Made by a program: the position numbers and the translations under genes. This document shows positions 19,431 through 29,568 of a stretch of DNA of 64,000 bases, piece after piece. The notes beneath the pieces are model-generated. The model ran no database searches. It was not told the DNA's origin and was given only the letters and a program-made list of their open reading frames with translations. The number at the start of each line of letters is the position of its first letter. Within the stretch, counting starts at the first letter, position 1. Where the stretch lies: assembly GCA_021785355.1 (NCBI GenBank), contig JAJYFR010000004.1:7184-71183 (forward strand), written 5' to 3'. The DNA comes from a bacterium. Lineage in GTDB: Bacteria; Patescibacteriota; Dojkabacteria; JAKAPS01; JAJZLI01.

Positions 19431-20384
19431 ATGATAATCTTCCTTTACATGGATAATAAAGATTTAACAACCGATTTAAATAGAACTGATATAAATAATC
19501 CAAACGATATATATAAGAAAAACTCAAAACTTAATGAAAATCTTGATTTTAAAAATTTATCTTCATTTTTGTACCTATTAGGAGGCATTTTATTAATATT
19601 AGGTATATTGGTTTTGATAATTAATATAGTAATTAATTATCAAAGTGCATGGATATACTTATCTATGGGTATAATTTTAAGCATAATATTATATTTTTTA
19701 TATTGGTATTTAAAAAAGAGAGTTAAGGTAGATGTTGCATATATACTTCTTTTGGCTTCATATCTAGCGAATTACATTTCTGTTACGTATTTAACTCAGT
19801 TAGCATATGTGAATGGTTATAGTAGTTCTATGAGAAATTCTTTCTTTTTCTTTATGCTTGCTGTTGCAGGTTTATTCTATTATCAAACTCCATTAATAAT
19901 AGGTTTTAGCAGTTTTTACTTTGCTATAAGTATATATAATTTAGTTTCTCCAGGAGCAGTGTCTTATCTAAATAATGTTATTCTTATTTTGGGGTTGTTA
20001 TATATATTTATAAGTAATTTTTTAGATAAAAAATTTACAAAAGACTATTCTTCGTGGATACTTTTAGCGGGTTCATATTTATATTTTTATGGGTTATATT
20101 CTATGTTTGGACTGAATAATATCAATGGTGTTATATTTCTTATATTAATCACTTTATTAGTAGCTTATGGTTATTATAAAAACAGAATAGTCCCTATAGT
20201 CTTTGGATTTATAGGTGATTTTATTTATATGGCAACTCTTTTATATACATCATATACAAATCTTCTTTATCTAATGTTAATAATTGTGTTGTTAGGAATA
20301 ATATTAATACTTTCTTCTTTTGTAATAAAAAAATACTCTCTTTTAAGTTTCAATAAAGAAGATAGAGGTTCTGTTTTTATGTAA
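19431..20384 (+). CDS. Hypothetical polytopic membrane protein
   Basis: 317 aa with at least 8 predicted TM helices rich in Tyr/Leu/Ile; no catalytic motif recognised. Confidence 0.5.
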   Translation: MIIFLYMDNKDLTTDLNRTDINNPNDIYKKNSKLNENLDFKNLSSFLYLLGGILLILGILVLIINIVINYQSAWIYLSMGIILSIILYFLYWYLKKRVKVDVAYILLLASYLANYISVTYLTQLAYVNGYSSSMRNSFFFFMLAVAGLFYYQTPLIIGFSSFYFAISIYNLVSPGAVSYLNNVILILGLLYIFISNFLDKKFTKDYSSWILLAGSYLYFYGLYSMFGLNNINGVIFLILITLLVAYGYYKNRIVPIVFGFIGDFIYMATLLYTSYTNLLYLMLIIVLLGIILILSSFVIKKYSLLSFNKEDRGSVFM

Positions 20385-20462
20385 TATAGACTATAAAGAA
20401 CTCTGTTATATTTATTTTTCAAAAACATTGAAATATAAACAATTTCGGTATAAGATATAAGT

Positions 20463-21089
20463 ATGAAGTTTTATGATATATCTTATACTTTAAGCAATAA
20501 CACCCCTATTTATCCTGGAAATCCAGATTTTAATATAGAGAGATTTTTGGAAATACCAAAAGACCAATCAAATGTTTCTTTAGTTTCCTTTGGAACACAC
20601 ACGGCAACTCATATAGATGCTCCTTTTCATGTGAATAATGAAGGACAGACTATTGATAAAATAAATATTGAGAGATTTTTTGGAAAATGTAATGTTTTAG
20701 ACATTAGTTTTTCTAAAAATAAGATTACAAGAGAAGACTTGGAAAAATATGAAATAAAGAATGATTTTTTGTTAATAAAGACAAATAATTCTAATATAGG
20801 TTTTGATGAGTTTCATGAAGACTTTATATATTTAGATTTGTCAGCAGCAGAATATATAAAAGAAAAAGGGATTAAATTTATAGGAGTTGATGGACCTTCT
20901 GTTAAAAAATTTCATGAAAAAGATTTGATACATGAATTTTTTTTTAAAAACGATATAATTATTGCTGAAAACTTAAAATTAAAAGATGTTTCTGAAGGAG
21001 AATATCTTTTTGTGGGATTTCCTTTAAAAATAGCAGGAGCAGATGCTTCACCTGCTAGAATTATTTTAGTTGAAAATTATTATGAATAA
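20463..21089 (+). CDS. Cyclase-family protein (arylformamidase/kynurenine formamidase-like)
   Basis: Motif FGTHTATHIDAPFH (HxGTHxDxPxH metal-binding signature of the PF04199 cyclase family); 208 aa. Confidence 0.7.
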   Translation: MKFYDISYTLSNNTPIYPGNPDFNIERFLEIPKDQSNVSLVSFGTHTATHIDAPFHVNNEGQTIDKINIERFFGKCNVLDISFSKNKITREDLEKYEIKNDFLLIKTNNSNIGFDEFHEDFIYLDLSAAEYIKEKGIKFIGVDGPSVKKFHEKDLIHEFFFKNDIIIAENLKLKDVSEGEYLFVGFPLKIAGADASPARIILVENYYE

Positions 21090-22014
21090 AAAGATTGCTA
21101 TAATTGGTTTAGGTAAAATGGGTTTAAACTTAGGGTTAAATCTAAAGGATAAAAGCATAGATGTTTTTGGTTTTACTGATACACAAGAGGGAATAGATTT
21201 TGCTAGAAAAAGTAATTTTTTAACATTTAATACTATAGATGAAACAATTCAAAACTTTGGAGAAGAGAAAAGAATTTTTTGGCTAATGGTTCCTTCTGGG
21301 GCTGTTGACGACGTTCTATTTTCAGATAAAGAGGGTTTAGTAAATAAGCTTAAAGCAGGAGATATTATTATTGATGGAGGAAATTCTTATTATAAAAAGA
21401 GTATAGAAAGATATAATAAGTTAAAAGAGAGAGGTATAAATTTTTTAGATTGTGGAACTAGTGGAGGTGTAATGGGAGCTAGAAATGGTGCTTGTTTAAT
21501 GATTGGAGGAGATAGAGAAGTTTTTAGTGAAATAGAATGGGTTTTTTCTTCTGTTGCTCAAACTGAAGGTTATAGTTATATAGGGGGAGCTGGAGCTGGA
21601 CACTATGTAAAGATGATTCATAACGCTATAGAATACGGAATGCTTCAGTCTATTGCAGAGGGCGTAAATTTAGCTAAAAATGGAAAATATAAAGAAGTAG
21701 ACATGAACTCACTTCTAAAGGTCTGGAATCACGGAAGTATAGTAGAGTCTTATCTAACTAAGGTCCTAGAAAAACAACTCGAAATATACCCTAATTTAGA
21801 CGAAATAGAGCCTATTGTGGAAGATAACGGAGAAGGTGCGTGGACAATAAATGAAGCAATAGAAGAAAAGATTCCTTTGTCTTCTATATCAATATCTTTA
21901 TTTGAGAGATATTCCTCTAGAGGAAATGATGATTTTGGGAATAAGCTAATTTCTTTAATGAGAAATGGTTTTGGGGGACATGAAATGAAAGAAACTAATA
22001 TTAGTAAAAAATAA
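21070..22014 (+). CDS. gnd: 6-phosphogluconate dehydrogenase, short (approx 300 aa) NAD(P)-binding form
   Basis: N-terminal Rossmann motif KIAIIGLGKMGLNLGLNL, catalytic-region similarity (GTSGGVMGARNGACLMIGGD; HNAIEYGMLQSIAEG) and placement in a PPP cluster. Confidence 0.8.
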   Translation: MKIIMNKKIAIIGLGKMGLNLGLNLKDKSIDVFGFTDTQEGIDFARKSNFLTFNTIDETIQNFGEEKRIFWLMVPSGAVDDVLFSDKEGLVNKLKAGDIIIDGGNSYYKKSIERYNKLKERGINFLDCGTSGGVMGARNGACLMIGGDREVFSEIEWVFSSVAQTEGYSYIGGAGAGHYVKMIHNAIEYGMLQSIAEGVNLAKNGKYKEVDMNSLLKVWNHGSIVESYLTKVLEKQLEIYPNLDEIEPIVEDNGEGAWTINEAIEEKIPLSSISISLFERYSSRGNDDFGNKLISLMRNGFGGHEMKETNISKK

Positions 22015-22016
22015 AT

Positions 22017-22679
22017 ATGAAAATTTTTATAGATAGTGCGAACATAGATGAAATAAAAAAATTAGAAGAATTGGGAGTTATTGATGGTATTACAACTAAC
22101 CCAACACTTGCATCGGTTACTGGGAAAAATTTCAAAGAGTTAATAAAAGAGATTTTTGAAACTCTTTCTTCTGATAAAATTATAAACTTAGAAGTTATTG
22201 CTACAGATTATGATAATATTTTAATACAAGCAAGGGCTTTATCTGCTTTAGATAAAAGAGTTGTAGTTAAAATTCCTTGCATACCAGAGGGTTTAAAAGC
22301 ATGTAAAGTTTTAACAGCAGAAGGTATTAGAATTAATATAACTTTAGTATTTTCTCCTCTGCAGGCTCTGTTATGTGCAAATGCAGGGGCTTTTTTTGTA
22401 TCTCCTTTTGTAGGAAGACTAGATGATATTTCTATGGATGGAGTAGAAGTTGTAAAAGAGATAGTTGAGATATATAAGAAATATAATTACAAGACACAAG
22501 TACTCTTTGCTTCTGTACGTTCAGTTGAACATATAAGAGTAGCTGCTTTAGCAGGTGTTGATGTAATAACATCACCTTATGAATTTATTATGGACATGTA
22601 TAAACATCCTTTAACTGATAAAGGGTTAGAAAAATTTTTATCTGATTGGAATAATGCAGGGGAGGAGTTTATAGTATGA
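22017..22679 (+). CDS. tal: Transaldolase (short Tal/FSA type)
   Basis: MKIFIDSANIDEIKKLEELGVIDGITTNPTL and the Schiff-base Lys region VVVKIPCIPEG; 220 aa. Confidence 0.9.
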   Translation: MKIFIDSANIDEIKKLEELGVIDGITTNPTLASVTGKNFKELIKEIFETLSSDKIINLEVIATDYDNILIQARALSALDKRVVVKIPCIPEGLKACKVLTAEGIRINITLVFSPLQALLCANAGAFFVSPFVGRLDDISMDGVEVVKEIVEIYKKYNYKTQVLFASVRSVEHIRVAALAGVDVITSPYEFIMDMYKHPLTDKGLEKFLSDWNNAGEEFIV

Positions 22680-23104
22680 GTATATATATATCTTCTGACC
22701 ACAGAGGTTTTGATTTAAAAACTGAGATAGTAAAATATTTGGAATCTTTTAAGCTTATAGATTTGGGTCCAGAAAAATATAATAAAGATGATGATTATCC
22801 TTTGTTTGCACATTTATTAGCAAATAAAGTGTCAGAAAATGTAGATAATAGAGGAATACTTATTTGTGATACAGGTATAGGGATGGATATTACAGCTAAT
22901 AAACATAAAGGTATTAGAGCGGCAATATGTATAGATGAATTTTTTGCATACAGAGCAAGATTACATAATAATGCAAATGTATTAGTTTTATCTGCTGAAT
23001 ATAACAAGGATAATTATAAAGGAGTTATAGATAAATTTTTTTCAACAGATTTTTCTTCAGAAGAAAGACATAAAAGAAGAGTAGATGAAATAGATATATT
23101 ATGA
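22676..23104 (+). CDS. rpiB: Ribose-5-phosphate isomerase B
   Basis: RpiB/LacAB signature IYISSDHRGFDLK and GILICDTGIGMDITANK; 142 aa; ATGA overlap with tal. Confidence 0.85.
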   Translation: MSIYISSDHRGFDLKTEIVKYLESFKLIDLGPEKYNKDDDYPLFAHLLANKVSENVDNRGILICDTGIGMDITANKHKGIRAAICIDEFFAYRARLHNNANVLVLSAEYNKDNYKGVIDKFFSTDFSSEERHKRRVDEIDIL

Positions 23105-23703
23105 TACTTCCTGCTATATTAGAACAAGATAGAGAATCTTTTGAAATAAGCTTAAATAAAGTAAAAGATGATTTTAATTATATACATGTAGATATTCTCG
23201 ATTCCAGTTTAGTTCCGGAAAAGAGTCTTCCTTTAAAAGATATAAAAATAGAAGAAGGAATTCAGTATGAGTTTCATCTTATGGTGGAAAAACCTTCTTT
23301 ATATATTCAAGAATTAGAAAAACTTAATCCTTTTAGAGTAATAATACATCAAGAATCTAAAGAAATTTTAAATGAATACCCTTTATTTATAGAAAAATTT
23401 AATACATTTTTAGGTATAGATCTAGATACAAATATTAATAAGGACCTTTCAAAATATTTTGAAGGCTGTCTTTTAATGTCTGTAAAGATGGGAAAAAGTG
23501 GAAGATTATTCGACGAGAGAGTTTTAAAAAAGATAAAAGAAGCCTCTTCTTATTTTGATTTAATAGAAGTAGATGGAGGTATAAATAAAAACAATGTTGT
23601 TTTATGTAAGTCCTTTGGCGCAAGTATTTTTGCTATTCATTCAGGTATTTATGAAGGTGATCTGAAAAAGAATATTGAAACTCTAAAAACTTTAGTTGAA
23701 TAA
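23101..23703 (+). CDS. rpe: Ribulose-phosphate 3-epimerase-like protein (divergent)
   Basis: N-terminus MILPAILEQD...IHVDILDSSLVPEKSL parallels Rpe (ILSADF...IHVDVMDGHFVPN). (beta/alpha)8-like length of 200 aa and PPP context. Several catalytic positions are substituted, so function is uncertain. Confidence 0.5.
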   Translation: MILPAILEQDRESFEISLNKVKDDFNYIHVDILDSSLVPEKSLPLKDIKIEEGIQYEFHLMVEKPSLYIQELEKLNPFRVIIHQESKEILNEYPLFIEKFNTFLGIDLDTNINKDLSKYFEGCLLMSVKMGKSGRLFDERVLKKIKEASSYFDLIEVDGGINKNNVVLCKSFGASIFAIHSGIYEGDLKKNIETLKTLVE

Positions 23704-23791
23704 TATTCTCTATTTATTTGAATAGGAGTGTTTTTTATAAAACAAATCTTTTCTGATTGAAAAATTTTTACTAAAAGTATAGCATATTAAT

Positions 23792-24043
23792 ATGTATTAT
23801 AATTCTTGTGGATATAATTTTCTGACTCCTATAGAAGGAATTTTTATCTTGTTTGGGTGGATTATATTTGTTGTTTTTATAATAATGATATTTAGATATA
23901 TAAAAGGTGGTCATAAATCTTTGTATCATCACAGTATATTTAGTACAAAAGAAGATCCTATAGATATATTAAAAGTAAGGTATGCTAAAGGAGAAATTAC
24001 AAAAGAAGAATATCTTGATATTATAAAAATATTAGAGAAATGA
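23792..24043 (+). CDS. Small membrane protein with C-terminal SHOCT domain
   Basis: One TM helix plus C-terminal KVRYAKGEITKEEYLDIIKILEK (SHOCT-like). Confidence 0.5.
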   Translation: MYYNSCGYNFLTPIEGIFILFGWIIFVVFIIMIFRYIKGGHKSLYHHSIFSTKEDPIDILKVRYAKGEITKEEYLDIIKILEK

Positions 24044-24330
24044 TGCCTGCAAGAGATATAAATAATAAAATAATTTTTGGTGTATGTGCTGGATTATCTG
24101 AGTATTACAATGTTGATGTTGTAATTATGAGAGTTATATTTCTTATAGGTTTTCTATTCATGGGGATTACACTTGTCATATATTTAATTTTAGCTTTAAT
24201 TATGCCCATAGATACCTCTGTTAATTTTAAAAATGAAAAATCTCCACTTCAAATATTAAAAGAAAGGCTAGCTCGAGGGGAAATAACAAAAGAGCAATTT
24301 AAAGAGATGAAAGAGATATTAGATTCTTAA
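24040..24330 (+). CDS. PspC-domain membrane protein with C-terminal SHOCT domain
   Basis: IIFGVCAGLSEYYNVDVVIMRVIFLIGFLF matches the PspC N-terminal domain; the C-terminus LKERLARGEITKEQFKEMKEILDS is SHOCT-like; ATGA overlap with the upstream gene. Confidence 0.6.
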   Translation: MMPARDINNKIIFGVCAGLSEYYNVDVVIMRVIFLIGFLFMGITLVIYLILALIMPIDTSVNFKNEKSPLQILKERLARGEITKEQFKEMKEILDS

Positions 24331-24461
24331 CAAAGATAGATATTTCGTAGTTTTGTGAATAATGTATATGTGTTCTTTACAAAAACTATAAGATATTTAT
24401 AAGGTTGTATCTATTTTCATTCTAGCTTGTAAGATTAATTAGAGAGGTATTATTAAATAGA

Positions 24462-25520
24462 TTAACTGTTAAAAGCTAAATTAGAAGGGTTTATACTCAT
24501 TTTTTTGCAATTTTCTTTTAGAAAATACTTAAATAATTGTTTTGTATTTAAGCTCCTTTCTCCCATAACATGAATATTTTTTTTAGCAAGAAGTACTTCT
24601 TGTGCGGTTTTTTCTAGAAGTTCAGCTCTACTAGAGGTAAGTGAATATCCAGGATCAAGAGGTTCATCACCGATAGAAATACCTTCTGCAACAGGTTGCG
24701 GTATTTTTGACACCATTCTACCTTTAAAATATTCGGGATTTTTTCTTGCAATATCTAATGTAAATGAGAGTACTTTGTTGAAATCTTTTTCACTTGTAAA
24801 AACAATAATACCGTCCCCTCTACACTCAGATCTATCTAGATCTTTTAAGTTACTAAATTCTATATAGCGTTGCCATATTTTAGTTTGGAGGGAAAGTCCT
24901 TTTTCATTAGACATCTTTAATATTTCGCTAAAAATTTGAGAAGCAAACATTGGGTCTGGATTTAAATAAATTCTCTGACTTTTTGGTCTATCTGTATGAC
25001 TTAATTTTTCTTTTACTCTTTCGTCTGAATACCCCATGATAAATCCTCCTATTAATTGACTTTGAATTTTAAGGTTAAATCTGAATTCAGGGTCTGATCT
25101 TCCATTTATATTTAAAGGGTCTCTATTATTTATATTTAATCCTGTATATTCTAAGTTAGGAGGAGCTCCTTCCATAAAATTTTTTCTAAAAAATTTAGAA
25201 GTTTTTCTTTTTATACTATCTTGAGTTTCTAGAGGCATGGCATTTGAAAATATAATATGTAAGTTTTTAAAAATATCATGCTCAGATTGAAGTAATTGCT
25301 TCATTTTATAAGGATCATTTATAATATCTCTATCTTTATCTGTTATATCAACATTATCTAAATAATTTTTTAAAAATGGATGTTCTTTTCTTCTATAACC
25401 TAAGGCTACTTCAATAACAGTATCACCTAAATCTCTTTTATGATTTTTTGCACTTTCATATGATTCAAATGCTATCAACAAATCATTCTCTCTATTTTGA
25501 TTTTCTAAAATTTCTGTCAT
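24462..25520 (-). CDS. Hypothetical protein (352 aa)
   Basis: Complete ORF with no recognisable motifs; monocistronic between the PspC pair and zwf. Confidence 0.4.
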   Translation of the reverse strand: MTEILENQNRENDLLIAFESYESAKNHKRDLGDTVIEVALGYRRKEHPFLKNYLDNVDITDKDRDIINDPYKMKQLLQSEHDIFKNLHIIFSNAMPLETQDSIKRKTSKFFRKNFMEGAPPNLEYTGLNINNRDPLNINGRSDPEFRFNLKIQSQLIGGFIMGYSDERVKEKLSHTDRPKSQRIYLNPDPMFASQIFSEILKMSNEKGLSLQTKIWQRYIEFSNLKDLDRSECRGDGIIVFTSEKDFNKVLSFTLDIARKNPEYFKGRMVSKIPQPVAEGISIGDEPLDPGYSLTSSRAELLEKTAQEVLLAKKNIHVMGERSLNTKQLFKYFLKENCKKMSINPSNLAFNS

Positions 25521-25690
25521 ATTATTCTTAATAAATAATAAATATGATAATATACTATCCTATAGAAAAATTCAAGATGTAGTAATTTAAGGTTTAAATA
25601 TTAACTAAAGAGTGTAAGTTTTTTATATATTGAGTTTTTTTAAATTAAATATGATTTTCAAAATCCCTATAGTTTATTATGTGAAAAATT

Positions 25691-27085
25691 TTATGAAATC
25701 CAATATCTATTATCTTTTTTTAGAAACATATCTCTTTCTGTGGGGCCTAAAGATCCTTTTTTATACAATATAGGCTTTTTGTTTTTTATATCGGTTTTAA
25801 TTTTATCTACAAGTATCCAAGAACTTTCTATTTCATCTGAACGGGTAAAATTAATTTGATTTCCTTCAATACAGTCTATCAATAGTTTTTCATATTCACT
25901 TTTAACTTCTCCGAAATAATCTGAAAAGTTATAAAGCATATTTATATTAGAGACTTCATAGTCATATATAGAAGGGATTTTTGCAAGCATTGTAAGCCCT
26001 ATTCCTAAAGCAGGTTGAATTAAAAATTTTAAAACATTATGTCCATTTTTTTTAAATAAATTATTATTTCCTTTTTTAAATACTACAGATATCTCTGTTT
26101 TCTTTTCTTTTAGAAATTTCCCAGTTTCTATATAGATAGGAACATTTCTCCATCTTGAATTTTTGATTTCTAATTTTAGAGCTATATAAGTTTCTGTTAA
26201 AGAATCTGGAGATACATTATTTTCTTCTTTATAACCTATATATTGTCCTTTTATAACATCAGAAAAAGTAAGCTTTTTTAATATATTATTTTTTTCTTTT
26301 CTTATATATTTTTCTTCAAAAAGATAAGGAGTATCCATAGTAAGGACTGATAACATTTGAAGTATATGATTTTGAAATACATCTACTAAAGCTCCTGTTT
26401 GTTCATAAAAAAAACCTCTTGTCTCTATTCCTATATCTTCACTAACTTTTATTTGAATATTATCTATATAATTATTATTCCATAGGTTTTCAAATATATT
26501 ATTTGCGAATCTAAATGAGAATATATTCTGAATAGGTTCTTTCCCTAAATAATGATCTATTCTAAATATTTGATTTTCACTAAAACCAGAGAGTAATGTT
26601 TTATTTAGAGATTTGGATGTTTTTAAATTTTCTCCAAAAGGTTTTTCTAAAACAATTCTAATAAAATTGTTATGATTACTGCAAGGTTTATTTAAACCAA
26701 CTTCTTCTATATTCAAAATAACTGCTTCATATAAAGAAGGTGGGATAGCAAGGTAAAGTATTTTGGAACTACATGTTTTGTCTAACCTAATTTTTAATTT
26801 TTCTAAATCTTCTTTTTTTAAAAAATCACATACAAAATATTCAATTTTAGAATAAAACTGTTCTCTATTTTCTTTATCTATAGTATCATTAAATCTTTGA
26901 GTAAAATCTGAAGTAGTCTCCTCATTTCTTCCTAAAGCAAGTATGTTAAATTTATCTTTATACTTAAAGTCTTTAAAAAGATTAGAGATAGAAGGAAAGA
27001 GTTTTTTATGAGCCAGATCTCCTGTTGCTCCAAATATAATGATCTCTATATTTTTATTAAGGACTTTATTGCAATTATCTTTCAT
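25691..27085 (-). CDS. zwf: Glucose-6-phosphate 1-dehydrogenase
   Basis: NADP-binding IIIFGATGDLAHKKLFPS, active-site RIDHYLGKE and EKPFG motifs; 464 aa. Confidence 0.95.
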   Translation of the reverse strand: MKDNCNKVLNKNIEIIIFGATGDLAHKKLFPSISNLFKDFKYKDKFNILALGRNEETTSDFTQRFNDTIDKENREQFYSKIEYFVCDFLKKEDLEKLKIRLDKTCSSKILYLAIPPSLYEAVILNIEEVGLNKPCSNHNNFIRIVLEKPFGENLKTSKSLNKTLLSGFSENQIFRIDHYLGKEPIQNIFSFRFANNIFENLWNNNYIDNIQIKVSEDIGIETRGFFYEQTGALVDVFQNHILQMLSVLTMDTPYLFEEKYIRKEKNNILKKLTFSDVIKGQYIGYKEENNVSPDSLTETYIALKLEIKNSRWRNVPIYIETGKFLKEKKTEISVVFKKGNNNLFKKNGHNVLKFLIQPALGIGLTMLAKIPSIYDYEVSNINMLYNFSDYFGEVKSEYEKLLIDCIEGNQINFTRSDEIESSWILVDKIKTDIKNKKPILYKKGSLGPTERDMFLKKDNRYWIS

Positions 27086-28376
27086 CTATATATTTACTTA
27101 AGTGTTTTTTTTGTTCTTCGAACCCTTTTTTCCCTAACAGAGCATACATATATTCTTTACCCTTTTCTACTCCTGGCTGATCGAAAGTGTCTATATTAAG
27201 CATTTCTCCTAAATAAGCTGTAGATAATTCAAAAAAATAAAAAAGAGCTCCTATATTAAATTCATCAATTTTATCTATATGTATGGTGCCGTGAGATCTA
27301 TTATTTTCTTTCAAAGAGATACTTGTTGCTAAGAACTCTTTTTTTATAAGATCTTCAAATTTAAGCCCATTTAAATATTTAACATTTTCTATTTCTGTAT
27401 TTATTTTTATATCACTTTCAAAATCTGAAGGAATAATGAAGGTTATTATTTTATCATTAGGACCTTCGTTATAGAGTTGTATTTGAGAGTGTTGATCTGT
27501 AGATCCTAAAGATGCTATTGGTGTTATTCCTGCAAAAATATTTTTTCCTTGTTTTGAAACTTTTTTCCCTAAACTTTCTGCTACTAACTGTCTGTACCAA
27601 AAACCAAAACGTTCAAGTTTTTTTGAATAAGGCATTAATATTGAAATATTTTTATTAAAATTTTTATAACTTAGATACTGAAGTTCTGCAAACATTAAAA
27701 CTTCATTACTAAAAGGATCTTCACTGTTAGTAATCTTATCAATATAAACAGCTCCTTCTAGAAATTTATCAATATCAAGGCCCATGACTGCTGCAGTAAG
27801 AAGTCCTATTATAGATAAAACAGAGAATCTATCTCCAACACTTGCATCTCCTTCTAAAATATCAATACCATAATTTTTTGCCAAACTCTCTAATGTAGTA
27901 TTTTTTGTGGACGTAGTAATTACTATGTGATCAGATACCTTTTCTTTTTTATTTTCGATAACTTCTGTAATGTATAGAAAATTAGCTATAATTTCTATTG
28001 TTTCTCCTGATTTTGAAATGACATTAAATAAAGTATCTTTAATATCTATTTTTTTAAAAAAATCTTCTATTTCATTGGGGTCAGTATTAGCTCCTATAAA
28101 TAGAACATTTACTCCACTAATAGATTTAAAAGATTGCTGTATTGTTCTAGAACCTAAATCGGATCCTCCTATTCCAACTACAACATAATTTTTATATTTA
28201 GAAATTATGTTTTTAGCAATAGATTTTATATTTTCAGTATCATTAAAAATGAGATTTCTAAATGTTAATAAATTTTTATCAAAAAGAGAATTTTTAAAGA
28301 GAAATAGATCTTCTTTTTTTATAGACAATTCTCCTATTTGAGGAGAAAACATATTGGTAGAATCATATTTTAACAT
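27075..28376 (-). CDS. pgi: Glucose-6-phosphate isomerase (short bacillar/archaeal-like type)
   Basis: SIS-domain motif VVVGIGGSDLGSRTI, a second SIS region and catalytic-region similarity (GSTDQHSQIQLYNEG); 433 aa; overlaps zwf by 11 nt. Confidence 0.85.
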   Translation of the reverse strand: MLKYDSTNMFSPQIGELSIKKEDLFLFKNSLFDKNLLTFRNLIFNDTENIKSIAKNIISKYKNYVVVGIGGSDLGSRTIQQSFKSISGVNVLFIGANTDPNEIEDFFKKIDIKDTLFNVISKSGETIEIIANFLYITEVIENKKEKVSDHIVITTSTKNTTLESLAKNYGIDILEGDASVGDRFSVLSIIGLLTAAVMGLDIDKFLEGAVYIDKITNSEDPFSNEVLMFAELQYLSYKNFNKNISILMPYSKKLERFGFWYRQLVAESLGKKVSKQGKNIFAGITPIASLGSTDQHSQIQLYNEGPNDKIITFIIPSDFESDIKINTEIENVKYLNGLKFEDLIKKEFLATSISLKENNRSHGTIHIDKIDEFNIGALFYFFELSTAYLGEMLNIDTFDQPGVEKGKEYMYALLGKKGFEEQKKHLSKYIDER

Positions 28377-28471
28377 AGAAAAACAAATGTAATATATTAA
28401 TTTATTATACTATTAAATAGAACTTAATAAAACCATTGATAGTCTTATAGTTTTAATATATAATACGGGTT

Positions 28472-29095
28472 ATGTATTTTGAAAGATCTAATTCACAAGA
28501 AGAGTTGTTGTTTTTAAAAAGTGCAGAAGATTTATTGGCAAGAAGAGTCGGTTTTTTAGAAACAGATTTTGAAGGTATTTTTTCTAATTTTTCTGAAAAC
28601 TCTGAATTAATAATTGACACAGAAGAGGTATCTACCCATATAAGTAGTGTTGCCTACGATAAAATCAAAGTTAGAAGAATATCCTTTACAGATTTATTTG
28701 GTCAAAAAATAAGTATAGGAAAAATAGATTATTTGGATAAGCGGAAAAAACAACCTTTACTAGTTGAATATAGTATGTTGGACAATGTTTTAGATGAAAA
28801 TATGCAAAGCTTAGGAATGGATGTAAATGTAAGAATGCAAGGAAGTAAAAAATATAGTTATACTTCTAGTGAAATTGAGAAAGATGGTGAGTTTTATATC
28901 TTCAACCATTCTAAAGAAAAATTTATAAATACAATAGGAAGAAGCGATATAAGGAGGGAAAGAATTTCTGATAAATTTGAGATAATTGAAGTTTGTGAAA
29001 AAAATATATTAAATTTGAAAAAAAACCTTGAGAAAAGAAACGTTAATTCTAAAATTTCTTTTAGAAAAATAACAAATGGAAAGCCAAGAAAATAG
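28472..29095 (+). CDS. Hypothetical protein (207 aa)
   Basis: Complete ORF, charged, no motif; overlaps the next ORF by 20 nt. Confidence 0.4.
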   Translation: MYFERSNSQEELLFLKSAEDLLARRVGFLETDFEGIFSNFSENSELIIDTEEVSTHISSVAYDKIKVRRISFTDLFGQKISIGKIDYLDKRKKQPLLVEYSMLDNVLDENMQSLGMDVNVRMQGSKKYSYTSSEIEKDGEFYIFNHSKEKFINTIGRSDIRRERISDKFEIIEVCEKNILNLKKNLEKRNVNSKISFRKITNGKPRK

Positions 29096-29522
29096 AAATT
29101 ATTTAGAAAATGAGAAAGAAAGCGTAATAAGAGAATATAAAGATGTTTCTTCTAAATTTACTTCTTTTATTAATAATTTTGAAGGCAAAAATTCAACTTT
29201 TTATCTAGAAAATAGAAATCAAGAGTTAAGTTTTTTTGACCATCAAAATATTTTAGCATTACAAGTTTTTTCTCAAATATCAGGAAATATAACAACTTTT
29301 TTAGTAGAATCAGAGAATAATTTTTTTGAAATTTACATAACAAGGCTTTTAGAAAACGAAACATTTATTTATTTTTCAATAAATGAGAGGGGGAAGTTAG
29401 AAATGGTAATAGAAAGTCCAAAGGTCAAAGTAACAAGGTCTACTTTAAAAAAAACAGATATTAATCTTATAAGAAGTGCCTTAGGGTTTTTTTTAGAGAT
29501 AAAAAGAAGTATAGAGAAGTAA
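29076..29522 (+). CDS. Hypothetical protein (148 aa)
   Basis: Complete ORF, no motif. Confidence 0.4.
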   Translation: MESQENRNYLENEKESVIREYKDVSSKFTSFINNFEGKNSTFYLENRNQELSFFDHQNILALQVFSQISGNITTFLVESENNFFEIYITRLLENETFIYFSINERGKLEMVIESPKVKVTRSTLKKTDINLIRSALGFFLEIKRSIEK

Positions 29523-29568
29523 TTATATAAATTATAATGTTTATATAAAACTAAGAATACATTTTATT

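Noticed and set aside
22676-23104. Possibility of an alternative genetic code (UGA recoded, as in Gracilibacteria/Absconditabacteria or Mycoplasma)
   Set aside because: tal and rpiB end in TGA that overlaps the next start (ATGA), and long conserved ORFs contain no in-frame TGA. TGA behaves as a stop, so this is code 11.
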